Under the pieces are notes generated by a model that saw only the letters and a list, made by a program, of their open reading frames with translations, had not been told where the DNA came from and searched no databases. DNA of 64,000 bases, from contig CAZXFT010000013.1 of the NCBI GenBank assembly GCA_964640655.1, forward strand, positions 13,010-77,009. Reading direction: 5' to 3'. Within the stretch, counting starts at the first letter, position 1, and every line of letters starts with the position of its first letter. Source of the DNA: an uncultured Bifidobacteriaceae bacterium. GTDB taxonomy: Bacteria > Bacteroidota > Bacteroidia > Chitinophagales > UBA10324. A program made the translations under genes and the position numbers. Shown here one piece after another: positions 55,861-64,000 of the stretch.

Positions 55861-56987
55861 TGTGGAGTTGGTTTAAAAAACAGGAGGTTGTAGCATCTTA
55901 TTCACCAGCTGGTGAAATATGGAGGCGTTTTTCTGTAAACCGATGGGCATTAAGTTCATTCTATATAATGCTCCTGTGTGTTGTAATAGCGTGTACCGGA
56001 TATTTAATAACACCGGACAAAACAAGTGATGGCAATCGTATAGTACCAGCATTGGCTTTAAAGCCACCTTTCAGCAGTTCGCTCATGTTTCGTTTACCAC
56101 TTTCTGAATCTAAAACAGAAAGTGTATGGCTTGATGGTGATTCAAAAAATTATCAGTACTATGTTTTGAATGAGTATTCAAAATTGGATGATACCCTCAC
56201 CTTGAATGCTAATGCCGGATCAGGTTTGCCGGATACATTGTTGGATTTTTCAGTGAAAGACATACAATCTCACGGAATCGAAGAATTTGATGATTGCATT
56301 TATACACAACAACATTATTTAGGAACGGATAATCTCGGCAGAGACATTCTAACACGCCTGATGCTCGGGTTGCGTATCTCTCTAAGCGTTGGTTTTATCG
56401 CAGTATTTATTTCACTCACCATTGGAATATTGCTTGGCGCATTAGCCGGTTATTACGGTGGCATCACAGATAAAGTAATCCAGTGGTTCATCAATATCAT
56501 ATGGGCTATACCTACTGTGCTTTTGGTTTTTGCACTAACTATAGTTTTAGGAAAAGGCTTCTGGCAAATTTTTATTGCAGTCGGATTAACTATTTGGGTA
56601 AGCGCAGCACGTTTAATTCGTGGTCAGGTGATGAGCGTGAAACAGGAACAATACATAGAAGCTACAAGAAGCCTTGGTTATGGCAATTTACGTATCATCC
56701 TCAAGCATATACTGCCCAATATTCTTGGGCCAATTCTGGTTATAGCAGCATCTAATTTTGCAACGGCGATATTGCTCGAAGCCGGATTGAGTTTCTTGGG
56801 AATAGGCGTACAGGCCCCTGCACCAAGCTGGGGTAGTATGATTCGCGATAACTACGGCTACATTATTTCAGATACACCATATATGGCGCTCATACCGGGC
56901 TTTGCTATTATGCTTCTGGTATTATTGTTGAATTTAATAGGCAATGGTCTGCGCGATGCGTTAGATGTTAAGACTAAACATCAATAA
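55860..56987 (+). CDS. ABC transporter permease, OppC/DppC-like, orphan
   Basis: OppC-type N-terminus (IWRRFSVNRWALSSFYIML), EAA-loop region YIEATRSLGYGNLRIILKHILPNILGPILV. No ATPase, partner permease or binding protein is present in the window. Confidence 0.8.
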   Translation: MWSWFKKQEVVASYSPAGEIWRRFSVNRWALSSFYIMLLCVVIACTGYLITPDKTSDGNRIVPALALKPPFSSSLMFRLPLSESKTESVWLDGDSKNYQYYVLNEYSKLDDTLTLNANAGSGLPDTLLDFSVKDIQSHGIEEFDDCIYTQQHYLGTDNLGRDILTRLMLGLRISLSVGFIAVFISLTIGILLGALAGYYGGITDKVIQWFINIIWAIPTVLLVFALTIVLGKGFWQIFIAVGLTIWVSAARLIRGQVMSVKQEQYIEATRSLGYGNLRIILKHILPNILGPILVIAASNFATAILLEAGLSFLGIGVQAPAPSWGSMIRDNYGYIISDTPYMALIPGFAIMLLVLLLNLIGNGLRDALDVKTKHQ

Positions 56988-57017
56988 AATTCGTTCATCC
57001 TTTGTAAGCACAACACC

Positions 57018-58262
57018 ATGACTGTCAGGCTCGCTGATATTAATACCGATGTCCAACAACTTCAAGAGAAGCTGCATTTGAAAACTATTCAGCTGAATGC
57101 CTTGCTTGAAATCACACAGGCTATCAATAGTAACCTGTCTTCCAAGGCACTACTTGAATTGTTTTCCAATGTACTGCGCGATGAGCTCGGGGTGAATCGC
57201 ATGGCCATCTTTACTCATTTTGACGAATGGGCTTGCAGTGCATCATATGCTGTTGACGAAGCCTTGCTTACGGGCATAGAAGATAAAACACTGAGAGAGT
57301 TCAAGCACATCAGTCATTTAAAAAATAAAAAAACATCGTTAGCCTCTGTGTTTCAAACAGTGGTGCCTGTATATCATAAATCACATCCACTTGCAGTATG
57401 CTTTCTGGGTAATGCAGGAAATCTGAAAGGAGAAACAGAAGAAGAGCGTTTAAACTTTATTCAGATTATCATTAATATCATATCCGTTGCCATTGAGAAT
57501 AAAAAATTGTTTAAAGACCAGCTGGCGCAACAGGGCATTAAAAAAGAGTTGGAATTAGCAGGAAAAATGCAAACGTTGCTCATTCCCGAAAAGCTTCCGG
57601 CAAATGAGTTTATGGAAATGGATGCGTTATATATGCCTCACCTCGATATTGGCGGCGACTATTATGACTATCTTCAACTCAATGAAGACGAATATATGTT
57701 TTGCCTTGGTGATATAAGCGGGCATGGTATCGCAGCTGCTTTGCTGATGGCTAATTTCCAGGCGAGCCTGCGCTCCATGATCATGCAACAGGATTCTCTA
57801 AAAGATTTTATATCGCTTTTCAATACAAAGATTAATGAGATTACACGCGGCGAAAAATTCATAACTCTCTTTTTAGCGCGTTATAATACATACAACCGTA
57901 AGTTGCATTTCATCAATGCCGGACATACACCACCTGTTTTTATGAATAAAGACGGTGTTCAGTTGCTGGATAAAGGATGTACTATACTTGGAATGTTCGA
58001 AAAACTGCCAAGTATCCATGTCGGAGAAATCAATATTCAAGCACAAGACTTTCTTTTCTGTTATACCGATGGTTTAACAGAACTAGAAAATGAACAAGGG
58101 GAACAATACGGTATTGAACGATTATCAGAATATGTGAAATCACATTCTCAGCTCTCCGTAGTTGATTTTAATAAAAAGATGCTGGATGAAATAGTGCGTT
58201 ACAAGGGCACTAAACTAATTTTTAACGACGACGTCAGTTTTCTCACTACTCGTTTTCTCTGA
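57018..58262 (+). CDS. GAF domain-containing PP2C (SpoIIE/RsbU-type) serine phosphatase
   Basis: N-terminal coiled coil and GAF-like region, then SpoIIE motifs GGDYYDY, LGDISGHG, INAGH, YTDGLTE. Confidence 0.85.
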   Translation: MTVRLADINTDVQQLQEKLHLKTIQLNALLEITQAINSNLSSKALLELFSNVLRDELGVNRMAIFTHFDEWACSASYAVDEALLTGIEDKTLREFKHISHLKNKKTSLASVFQTVVPVYHKSHPLAVCFLGNAGNLKGETEEERLNFIQIIINIISVAIENKKLFKDQLAQQGIKKELELAGKMQTLLIPEKLPANEFMEMDALYMPHLDIGGDYYDYLQLNEDEYMFCLGDISGHGIAAALLMANFQASLRSMIMQQDSLKDFISLFNTKINEITRGEKFITLFLARYNTYNRKLHFINAGHTPPVFMNKDGVQLLDKGCTILGMFEKLPSIHVGEINIQAQDFLFCYTDGLTELENEQGEQYGIERLSEYVKSHSQLSVVDFNKKMLDEIVRYKGTKLIFNDDVSFLTTRFL

Positions 58263-59684
58263 GGTATAGTGCTTATATCCCAGTACAGCAATCATGGCTA
58301 TGTTCATATAATAAACCGAACCTACTTTATCGGTTTCAATCATATCGCTGAGCGTATTGTTTATCAAAATAGCTGTCATACTCATCATTATGGCCATGAG
58401 CCACATGCGGTCATCTCGTTCTTTCAAACGGTGAAATAGATATTCGCCATAAACAAATACACTGATGGTTAGTAAGGTGTAAATCAGTAATCCAATAATG
58501 CCTTGTTCCACTAACATTAATATAAAATAGTTGTGTACTGTGGAACGTTCGGGATTAGAACTTACATAAGTACGAAATGCGCTTACGGTGTAACCTTTAT
58601 AAAAATTATAAAAGTTGCCCGGACCAAAACCATGAATGGGTTCTGCGGCACTCATTCTAAATCCGGCTACCCAACGGTAGATTCGTTCCGCACTCGATAT
58701 ATCTTCCATTTTATAAGTTGATGAAAGGTGAGTGCCTAAGTCATCATGATAAATAGTTGATTCGAAGTTTGGCGCATAATTGATATAGTAATAATTACGT
58801 GAAAGGATGAAAAGAGTAATACAAGCAGTAATTATAGAAGCTGTTGCTAACCACTTTGTTAATCGTAAACGAATAATAATCTGAATACCAAATGCAGCTA
58901 ACAATGCCAGCCAGGCAGAACGGGTATATGAGAAGAACACGCCGGTAATGAAAACAGGTAATATGATGAGCAATATTTGACGACCAATACTATATCGTTT
59001 ATACCACAACAAACCAAGCAGCACAAATGGAATCCACTCAGAAAGCATGGCAGCATAGCTTACATGGTTTCTAAAGAAAGGAGCCATAGTATGATTCACA
59101 TCAGCAAAAGAAAATCCAACGTGCGAATGACGAATTAAAGTATAAATCGTAGTTAGAAACAGAGGTATCGTAATGAGCCAGAATATTTTTTTAAAATCAT
59201 TGACCGACTTGATAATCATCGCTGTGAGCACTACGAAGGTCATGAGGTACCAAAACTTGGATAGCGTGAATTTAAAACTCACGAAGATGTTGGATGAAAA
59301 TAGAGTAGAGATAATAATCCAGATAAACTGAATAATTAGAATGGATGTAACCGGATTTAAGTGAAGTGCACTTGGATAATTTTTGCTGTTTGCCATTAAC
59401 AGTCCTATGGTAAGCAGCATTAATCCTACAATGAGTAGTTCATCAGGAAAGTCTATTCCAAACCCTCCAGGTAATGTAGCTTCAATACTTAGTGGAATGA
59501 AAAAACATAAAACATAGTACAGAGTATGAACGCTATTGATGCCAATATATACTCCAACAGTTACAATGGGTACTACATACCAGATGATGTTATCGGTAAC
59601 TGTTCCGGCTATAATCCCCAGCAGGAGTGTTAGGCCGAAAAAGAAAAAATGACTGAGATCAAAAAAATCCAGCCGTTTATTCAT
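58215..59684 (-). CDS. O-antigen ligase/polymerase family (Wzy_C) membrane protein
   Basis: At least 10 TM helices, with a periplasmic loop carrying FFSYTRSAWLALLAA. ATG at 59684 overlaps the upstream stop (ATGAATAA). Confidence 0.75.
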   Translation of the reverse strand: MNKRLDFFDLSHFFFFGLTLLLGIIAGTVTDNIIWYVVPIVTVGVYIGINSVHTLYYVLCFFIPLSIEATLPGGFGIDFPDELLIVGLMLLTIGLLMANSKNYPSALHLNPVTSILIIQFIWIIISTLFSSNIFVSFKFTLSKFWYLMTFVVLTAMIIKSVNDFKKIFWLITIPLFLTTIYTLIRHSHVGFSFADVNHTMAPFFRNHVSYAAMLSEWIPFVLLGLLWYKRYSIGRQILLIILPVFITGVFFSYTRSAWLALLAAFGIQIIIRLRLTKWLATASIITACITLFILSRNYYYINYAPNFESTIYHDDLGTHLSSTYKMEDISSAERIYRWVAGFRMSAAEPIHGFGPGNFYNFYKGYTVSAFRTYVSSNPERSTVHNYFILMLVEQGIIGLLIYTLLTISVFVYGEYLFHRLKERDDRMWLMAIMMSMTAILINNTLSDMIETDKVGSVYYMNIAMIAVLGYKHYTSEKTSSEKTDVVVKN

Positions 59685-60639
59685 TCGATAATTGTTGTTT
59701 GATGTCGCGCATACGTTCAATACACCATGCCATAATAACAGATCCTGCAAATGCCGTCAGCAAACTGCCTAATACAATAATCCAACGAATAGGTTTTGAC
59801 TTTTTCTCAGCTGGATAGGCCTTTTCCAAAGTAAAAATGGTAGGAACGTTAGTATTAATAGTGGATTTGTATTGCTCTGCTAGTCCAATGGTGTTATTTA
59901 ATTCTTTTAGACCGGCTTTTTTCTGGTCTTCTAAAAGTTTTAACTGCTGATCTAAAAGTTCAGGGCTTTTCCATTCTGTATTATTTTCACCGTTTCGTAA
60001 AGATGCAGGAACTAATGTTGCTTTCTGTACCATCATTTTTACATTCACAATACTGTCATTTAAGATTTGCAGTTGCGTCTGTTTCTCTTCAATCTTGTTA
60101 TTGTATATACTTAATATTCTACGCTTGTTCTCAAGAATGATGTTATTGTTCATTTCATCAACCTTAGCTGCAATATCATTGCAGATATCGGATGCTCGTT
60201 GCTTGTCAGTATCGAAAACAGTAATCTCTACAGCACCCTTGTCGTTTCTAACCGCAGAATAATTTTCCTCTAATTCTTTCATTACTTTATAATTGGGATA
60301 TTCAGTATTTGCAGAATCAATTTTATAAACCCCGAATAATTTGTACTTCTGAATGATGTATGATTTTAAAGGAGCACTGTTGGCAATCGAAAGTAGTCGG
60401 TCAATGTCATCGCTGCTGCCAAAATATTCGGCGTTGTTGTCCACAAATAAAGTTTGACTGCTGGTCATATTAGGACTTGCAGCAAAAAAAACAGTGGTGC
60501 TTTTAAATTTAGGTTTTATTATGTGCGGGTCGCTGATAATTACTGAGGCCACTATAGCTAATCCACAAAGTATGATGATTGGTTTTTTCCAACGGAGCAT
60601 CAGTCGGATTAATTCCAGCAAGTTCAATGTATGGTTCAT
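59677..60639 (-). CDS. Wzz-like polysaccharide chain-length determinant protein
   Basis: N-terminal TM (RWKKPIIILCGLAIVASVII) followed by PKFKSTTVF, a long coiled-coil periplasmic region and a C-terminal TM. Confidence 0.7.
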   Translation of the reverse strand: MNHTLNLLELIRLMLRWKKPIIILCGLAIVASVIISDPHIIKPKFKSTTVFFAASPNMTSSQTLFVDNNAEYFGSSDDIDRLLSIANSAPLKSYIIQKYKLFGVYKIDSANTEYPNYKVMKELEENYSAVRNDKGAVEITVFDTDKQRASDICNDIAAKVDEMNNNIILENKRRILSIYNNKIEEKQTQLQILNDSIVNVKMMVQKATLVPASLRNGENNTEWKSPELLDQQLKLLEDQKKAGLKELNNTIGLAEQYKSTINTNVPTIFTLEKAYPAEKKSKPIRWIIVLGSLLTAFAGSVIMAWCIERMRDIKQQLSNE

Positions 60640-60685
60640 CAGAGCTTTAGAAAAATTTTGGCAAATGTAGAAAAATATACTTCCC

Positions 60686-62131
60686 TCAGTCCTCTCGGGC
60701 TAATTGCAGTAGTTGTTGAATTTGTTGGATTGAAATGAGGCGCAGCGCAAACGCATAAACACTACTTAATATTATCAATGCAAAACACTGAATTATCCAG
60801 CTTACATCTGAATATATGCTTAATATCCAGCCTGAAAGCAATAATAATGCAACAAACACTAATAATTGAGGTATCACTATTAGATTAATGGTTTCCTTCT
60901 GATAATTCCTGATATACACATACTCTGAAATGGCTACAAACAGGTTGCAAATGATAGTAGTTATTGCGGCTCCTTCAATGCCATATCTAGGAATCAAAAT
61001 AAAATTGATGCAGATACTCATCACGGCCGCTGTCGCTGTAATTGAATTAAGTGCCCTCAGTTTTGCGGCTGCTGCCAATAGCGTTCCAAACACATATACA
61101 CCAAAGCTGCCCCATAAGCTGATCATCAAAATGGTTAAAGTCTTACCGCTTTGTGATATGGTATTGTGATAAAGCAAGTCCATAATATTGTTGCTGTAGA
61201 AAATACTAATGACCACTGCTACTGATGCAATAAGACTGATAGCAATAAATGCAGATTGCATTAATGCTTTTACCGCTTTATTACTACCTACTAAACGCGA
61301 GAATATAGGTAGCAGTAATGCCGCAAATAAGTACCCGAATTGATTCGCAGCATCCAGTAAACGATATGCAGCAGCATAGTGTCCAGCTGCTTCTGTGCCC
61401 AGAAGTCGTTCGAGAATAACAGCATCACTTCTTGTATAAACAGTCATAAAAAAAATGACGAGTACATATGGATAGCTGTGTTTCCAAATATTTTGCAACT
61501 CATTTATTGAAATATGCCATTCAATGGATTTGCTTATTCTGAGAGTTGTTATTAACGCTATAAATATTGTCGCAGCATAGCAGGCAGTTTGACCATACAC
61601 AAACCATTCTATAGTGAATGATTGCTTCCATTCAGGTGTCAATAATATACTACCAAAGAAAGTAAGCATCAAAATCTTATCTGTAATGGAGAGTACACTG
61701 TCTGTTTTAAAGTGATGCAACCCCGAAATATTGGAGCGCAGATAAATAATAGCTGATAGCAACACCTGATTGGTACATAGCATCATTAACAGGGGGTATG
61801 CATCAGAAGAAATATGGGTAAAGTAAGCGACAGCAAATGTGATAAGAATGTACAGAGCTGTAAATAAGATCTTTAACAGAACAATATGAGGTAACAGATT
61901 TTTAATACTGGTTGGTTGTTGTGCTACTTGGCGGTTATTATAATAAGTCATCCCCATATCGAGCATGATATTAAACATCATAGTCAATGCACTCAAAGAA
62001 AAATATAAACCGTATGCTGAAACTCCGGTGATGTTTTGAACGCTTCTGTCTATTCCAAGAACCCATAATGGCTTGATAACAATGTTCAGTAGGAACAGGA
62101 AAATCAGATTCCGGAAAAAGGTGCGCCGCAT
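60686..62131 (-). CDS. Wzx-type oligosaccharide flippase (polysaccharide biosynthesis protein, MOP superfamily)
   Basis: About 12-14 TM helices. ATG at 62131 is preferred to the GTG at 62173. Confidence 0.7.
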   Translation of the reverse strand: MRRTFFRNLIFLFLLNIVIKPLWVLGIDRSVQNITGVSAYGLYFSLSALTMMFNIMLDMGMTYYNNRQVAQQPTSIKNLLPHIVLLKILFTALYILITFAVAYFTHISSDAYPLLMMLCTNQVLLSAIIYLRSNISGLHHFKTDSVLSITDKILMLTFFGSILLTPEWKQSFTIEWFVYGQTACYAATIFIALITTLRISKSIEWHISINELQNIWKHSYPYVLVIFFMTVYTRSDAVILERLLGTEAAGHYAAAYRLLDAANQFGYLFAALLLPIFSRLVGSNKAVKALMQSAFIAISLIASVAVVISIFYSNNIMDLLYHNTISQSGKTLTILMISLWGSFGVYVFGTLLAAAAKLRALNSITATAAVMSICINFILIPRYGIEGAAITTIICNLFVAISEYVYIRNYQKETINLIVIPQLLVFVALLLLSGWILSIYSDVSWIIQCFALIILSSVYAFALRLISIQQIQQLLQLARED

Positions 62132-62198
62132 AGGGGTTGCTGTAACGATACAAAAGAAATTTTCTTTTTGCACATAGTCTTCATTTTCTTTGTGCGCT

Positions 62199-63098
62199 AT
62201 GCACTCGGCGTCGTTAATGCAACAAAGAGAAAATCTATTAAACCGTTTATCAGAGATATACCGTATCGAACAGCGTGGTCGAATAGCACGATCGATACAA
62301 AATCCTGTGCAACGCCTGAATGTGTTTATTCACAACAGATTGATTTACCCTGCTACAAGTAAGGGGAAATTGGTTTCTGCAGAAACATTCTGGAATAAGC
62401 CTATGTGGATTCAGCTTCCCGCCGCTGCTGAAATATTACTCACAGGAGCAAAGGTTCACCGTTCTGAAATTCAGCTCTGCAAGTGGTTGCTGCGCGAAGT
62501 AAGGCCTACCCAAACATTTATTGACGGTGGGGCACATTATGGCTTTTATAGCCTTTTGTTTTCCTTTTTGAGTAATCAATCGACCGTTGTTTCATTTGAA
62601 CCGTTACCATCAACCTGTACTATTCTCGAAAAGAATAAACAACCCAATCAAATAATTGTCAATGCGGCTTTGTCAGACAAAACAGGTTTTGTGTTTATGT
62701 CGCAACCAGACATCAGGAACTCTGAAGCAAATGAAGTGATTGACACTGATTCCAACGAATCAAATAGAATATCTTGCTGTGCACTGGATGATGAATTGAT
62801 GAAATTAATAGTCCAGCCGGATTATATCAAACTTGATGTTGAAGGACATGAGTATGAAGCATTAATCGGCGCAAAAAAAACTATAGAACAAAGTAAACCA
62901 GCCATCATTCTCGAAATATGGAATGCTTCCTATCGCAACAACGAAAAACAATTGAAGGCCATAGAAATGCTTCGTAGCATCGGTTATATTCTATACTTAC
63001 CCGATGATGATGGTATATTGCAGCAGTGCAACAAGCTGGAACAACTCAATCAGTCAGAGATGGATTCATTCAATGTGATTCTGAAAGTTAAATCATGA
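62199..63098 (+). CDS. FkbM family methyltransferase
   Basis: FIDGGAHYGFYS SAM motif and IKLDVEGHEYEAL motif. ATG at 62199 is preferred to the TTG at 62190. Confidence 0.8.
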   Translation: MHSASLMQQRENLLNRLSEIYRIEQRGRIARSIQNPVQRLNVFIHNRLIYPATSKGKLVSAETFWNKPMWIQLPAAAEILLTGAKVHRSEIQLCKWLLREVRPTQTFIDGGAHYGFYSLLFSFLSNQSTVVSFEPLPSTCTILEKNKQPNQIIVNAALSDKTGFVFMSQPDIRNSEANEVIDTDSNESNRISCCALDDELMKLIVQPDYIKLDVEGHEYEALIGAKKTIEQSKPAIILEIWNASYRNNEKQLKAIEMLRSIGYILYLPDDDGILQQCNKLEQLNQSEMDSFNVILKVKS

Positions 63099-64000
63099 TC
63101 ATAGCTGTAAACACACGTTTCTTAATTGCCAATCAACTCGAAGGGATTGGCTGGTTTACCTATGAAACTCTCAAACGCATCACACGAGCACATCCCGAAC
63201 ATCAGTTCCATTTTTTCTTCGACAGGCCTTATAACAATGAGTTTATTTTCTCAGGTAATGTAACACCACATATTCTTCGTCCGCCGGCAAGACATCCAAT
63301 ACTTTGGTATTGGTGGTTTGAACAAGCTGTACCAAATAAACTCAAAGAAATTCAGGCAGACATATTTCTCTCAACAGACGGATTTCTTTCCTTGTCATCT
63401 TCGTTAAAGCAGGTACTCGTAGTTCACGATTTAGCTTACCTTCATCATCCTGCACATATCAACTTTACGGCTTTAAAATATTACAGGCATTTTGTACCTC
63501 GTTATGTGAATAAGGCTTCACGCATTGCTACAGTCTCCGAATTCTCACGTAACGACATACACCGTGCATTCAATTTTCCTCTTAATAAAATTGATGTAAC
63601 CTATAACGGAGCACATGAGTTCTTTCAACCTTTATCAGAACAGGAAAAAGTAAAAATCAAGGCACGTTATACACAAGGCAAGCCATACTTTATATATGCA
63701 GGTGCAATTCAACCCCGTAAAAATGTAACCACATTATTTAAGGCTTTTGATAAGTTGAAATCTGAACAGAATGTGCCGCATAAATTAATTATTGCAGGTC
63801 GTTTTGCATGGAAATCTAAAGAAGTAAGAAGTTGTTACGATGCACTTCAGTATAAAGAGGATATTGTCTTTACAGGGCATTTAGGTAGAAACGAGTTAGC
63901 GCGTATTATGGGTGCGGCGTATGCATTGGTTTATGTCTCTCTTTTCGAAGGTTTTGGAATACCGATTGTAGAAGCCGGACAGTGTGGCGTTCCTTGTATT
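63095..64000 (+). CDS. Glycosyltransferase family 1/4 (GT-B), 3'-truncated by the window edge
   Basis: Translated by hand as MIIAVNTRFLIANQLEGIGWFTYE...VVHDLAYLH...AGRFAWKS...LFEGFGIPIVEAGQCGVPCI. ATGA overlap with the fkbM-like gene. Open to the window end, so absent from the ORF track. Confidence 0.8.
   Translation, partial: MIIAVNTRFLIANQLEGIGWFTYETLKRITRAHPEHQFHFFFDRPYNNEFIFSGNVTPHILRPPARHPILWYWWFEQAVPNKLKEIQADIFLSTDGFLSLSSSLKQVLVVHDLAYLHHPAHINFTALKYYRHFVPRYVNKASRIATVSEFSRNDIHRAFNFPLNKIDVTYNGAHEFFQPLSEQEKVKIKARYTQGKPYFIYAGAIQPRKNVTTLFKAFDKLKSEQNVPHKLIIAGRFAWKSKEVRSCYDALQYKEDIVFTGHLGRNELARIMGAAYALVYVSLFEGFGIPIVEAGQCGVPCI

Noticed and set aside
1-64000. Search for tRNA, rRNA, CRISPR arrays, IS elements, integrases and known defence genes
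   Set aside because: Intergenic regions are short (mostly under 120 nt, the longest about 260 nt). No GTTCGAATC-type T-arm or regularly spaced repeat array was seen. No ORF shows transposase, recombinase, nuclease-helicase or restriction-modification features. A by-eye scan cannot exclude small ncRNAs.

Overview
This is a 64-kb chromosomal window from a gliding, T9SS-bearing member of the Bacteroidota. The evidence is a mutY-ssb-gldE-gldD block, a protein with the type B (CHU_C) sorting domain, a short Bacteroidota-type primary sigma factor, TAnnTTTG -7 boxes and almost no Shine-Dalgarno sequences. GC is roughly 40% by eye. Coding density is high and about 60 genes can be supported. Housekeeping genes are carB, mutY, ssb, HU, an Rne/Rng ribonuclease, corA, recX, mfd, asd, rpoD and recG. 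There is also a TetR-controlled TolC/MFP/RND efflux operon, a PadR-PspC pair, and the start of a Wzx/Wzy-type polysaccharide locus (58.2-64 kb). I found no rRNA, tRNA, CRISPR array, transposase, integrase or recognisable defence genes, so this is mostly core genome and I see no convincing new multi-gene system. The items most worth a second look are: (1) an ORFan islet at 10.6-13.9 kb, containing an internally duplicated DYNFDG-motif protein and a secreted-protein gene broken by both a frameshift and an in-frame TAG; (2) a likely operon of lamin-tail-domain protein, receiver::RsbW-like kinase fusion and glycosyltransferase, ending at a perfect bidirectional terminator next to rpoD; (3) a tightly coupled cluster of alpha/beta hydrolase, D,D,D,QxxRW GT2, an 88-aa ORF, an orphan OppC-like permease and a GAF-PP2C phosphatase; (4) a 31-aa polybasic ORF missing from the ORF track, followed by alternative hairpins in the ribonuclease leader. 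All functional calls rest on motif and family recognition by eye. No database search was run.
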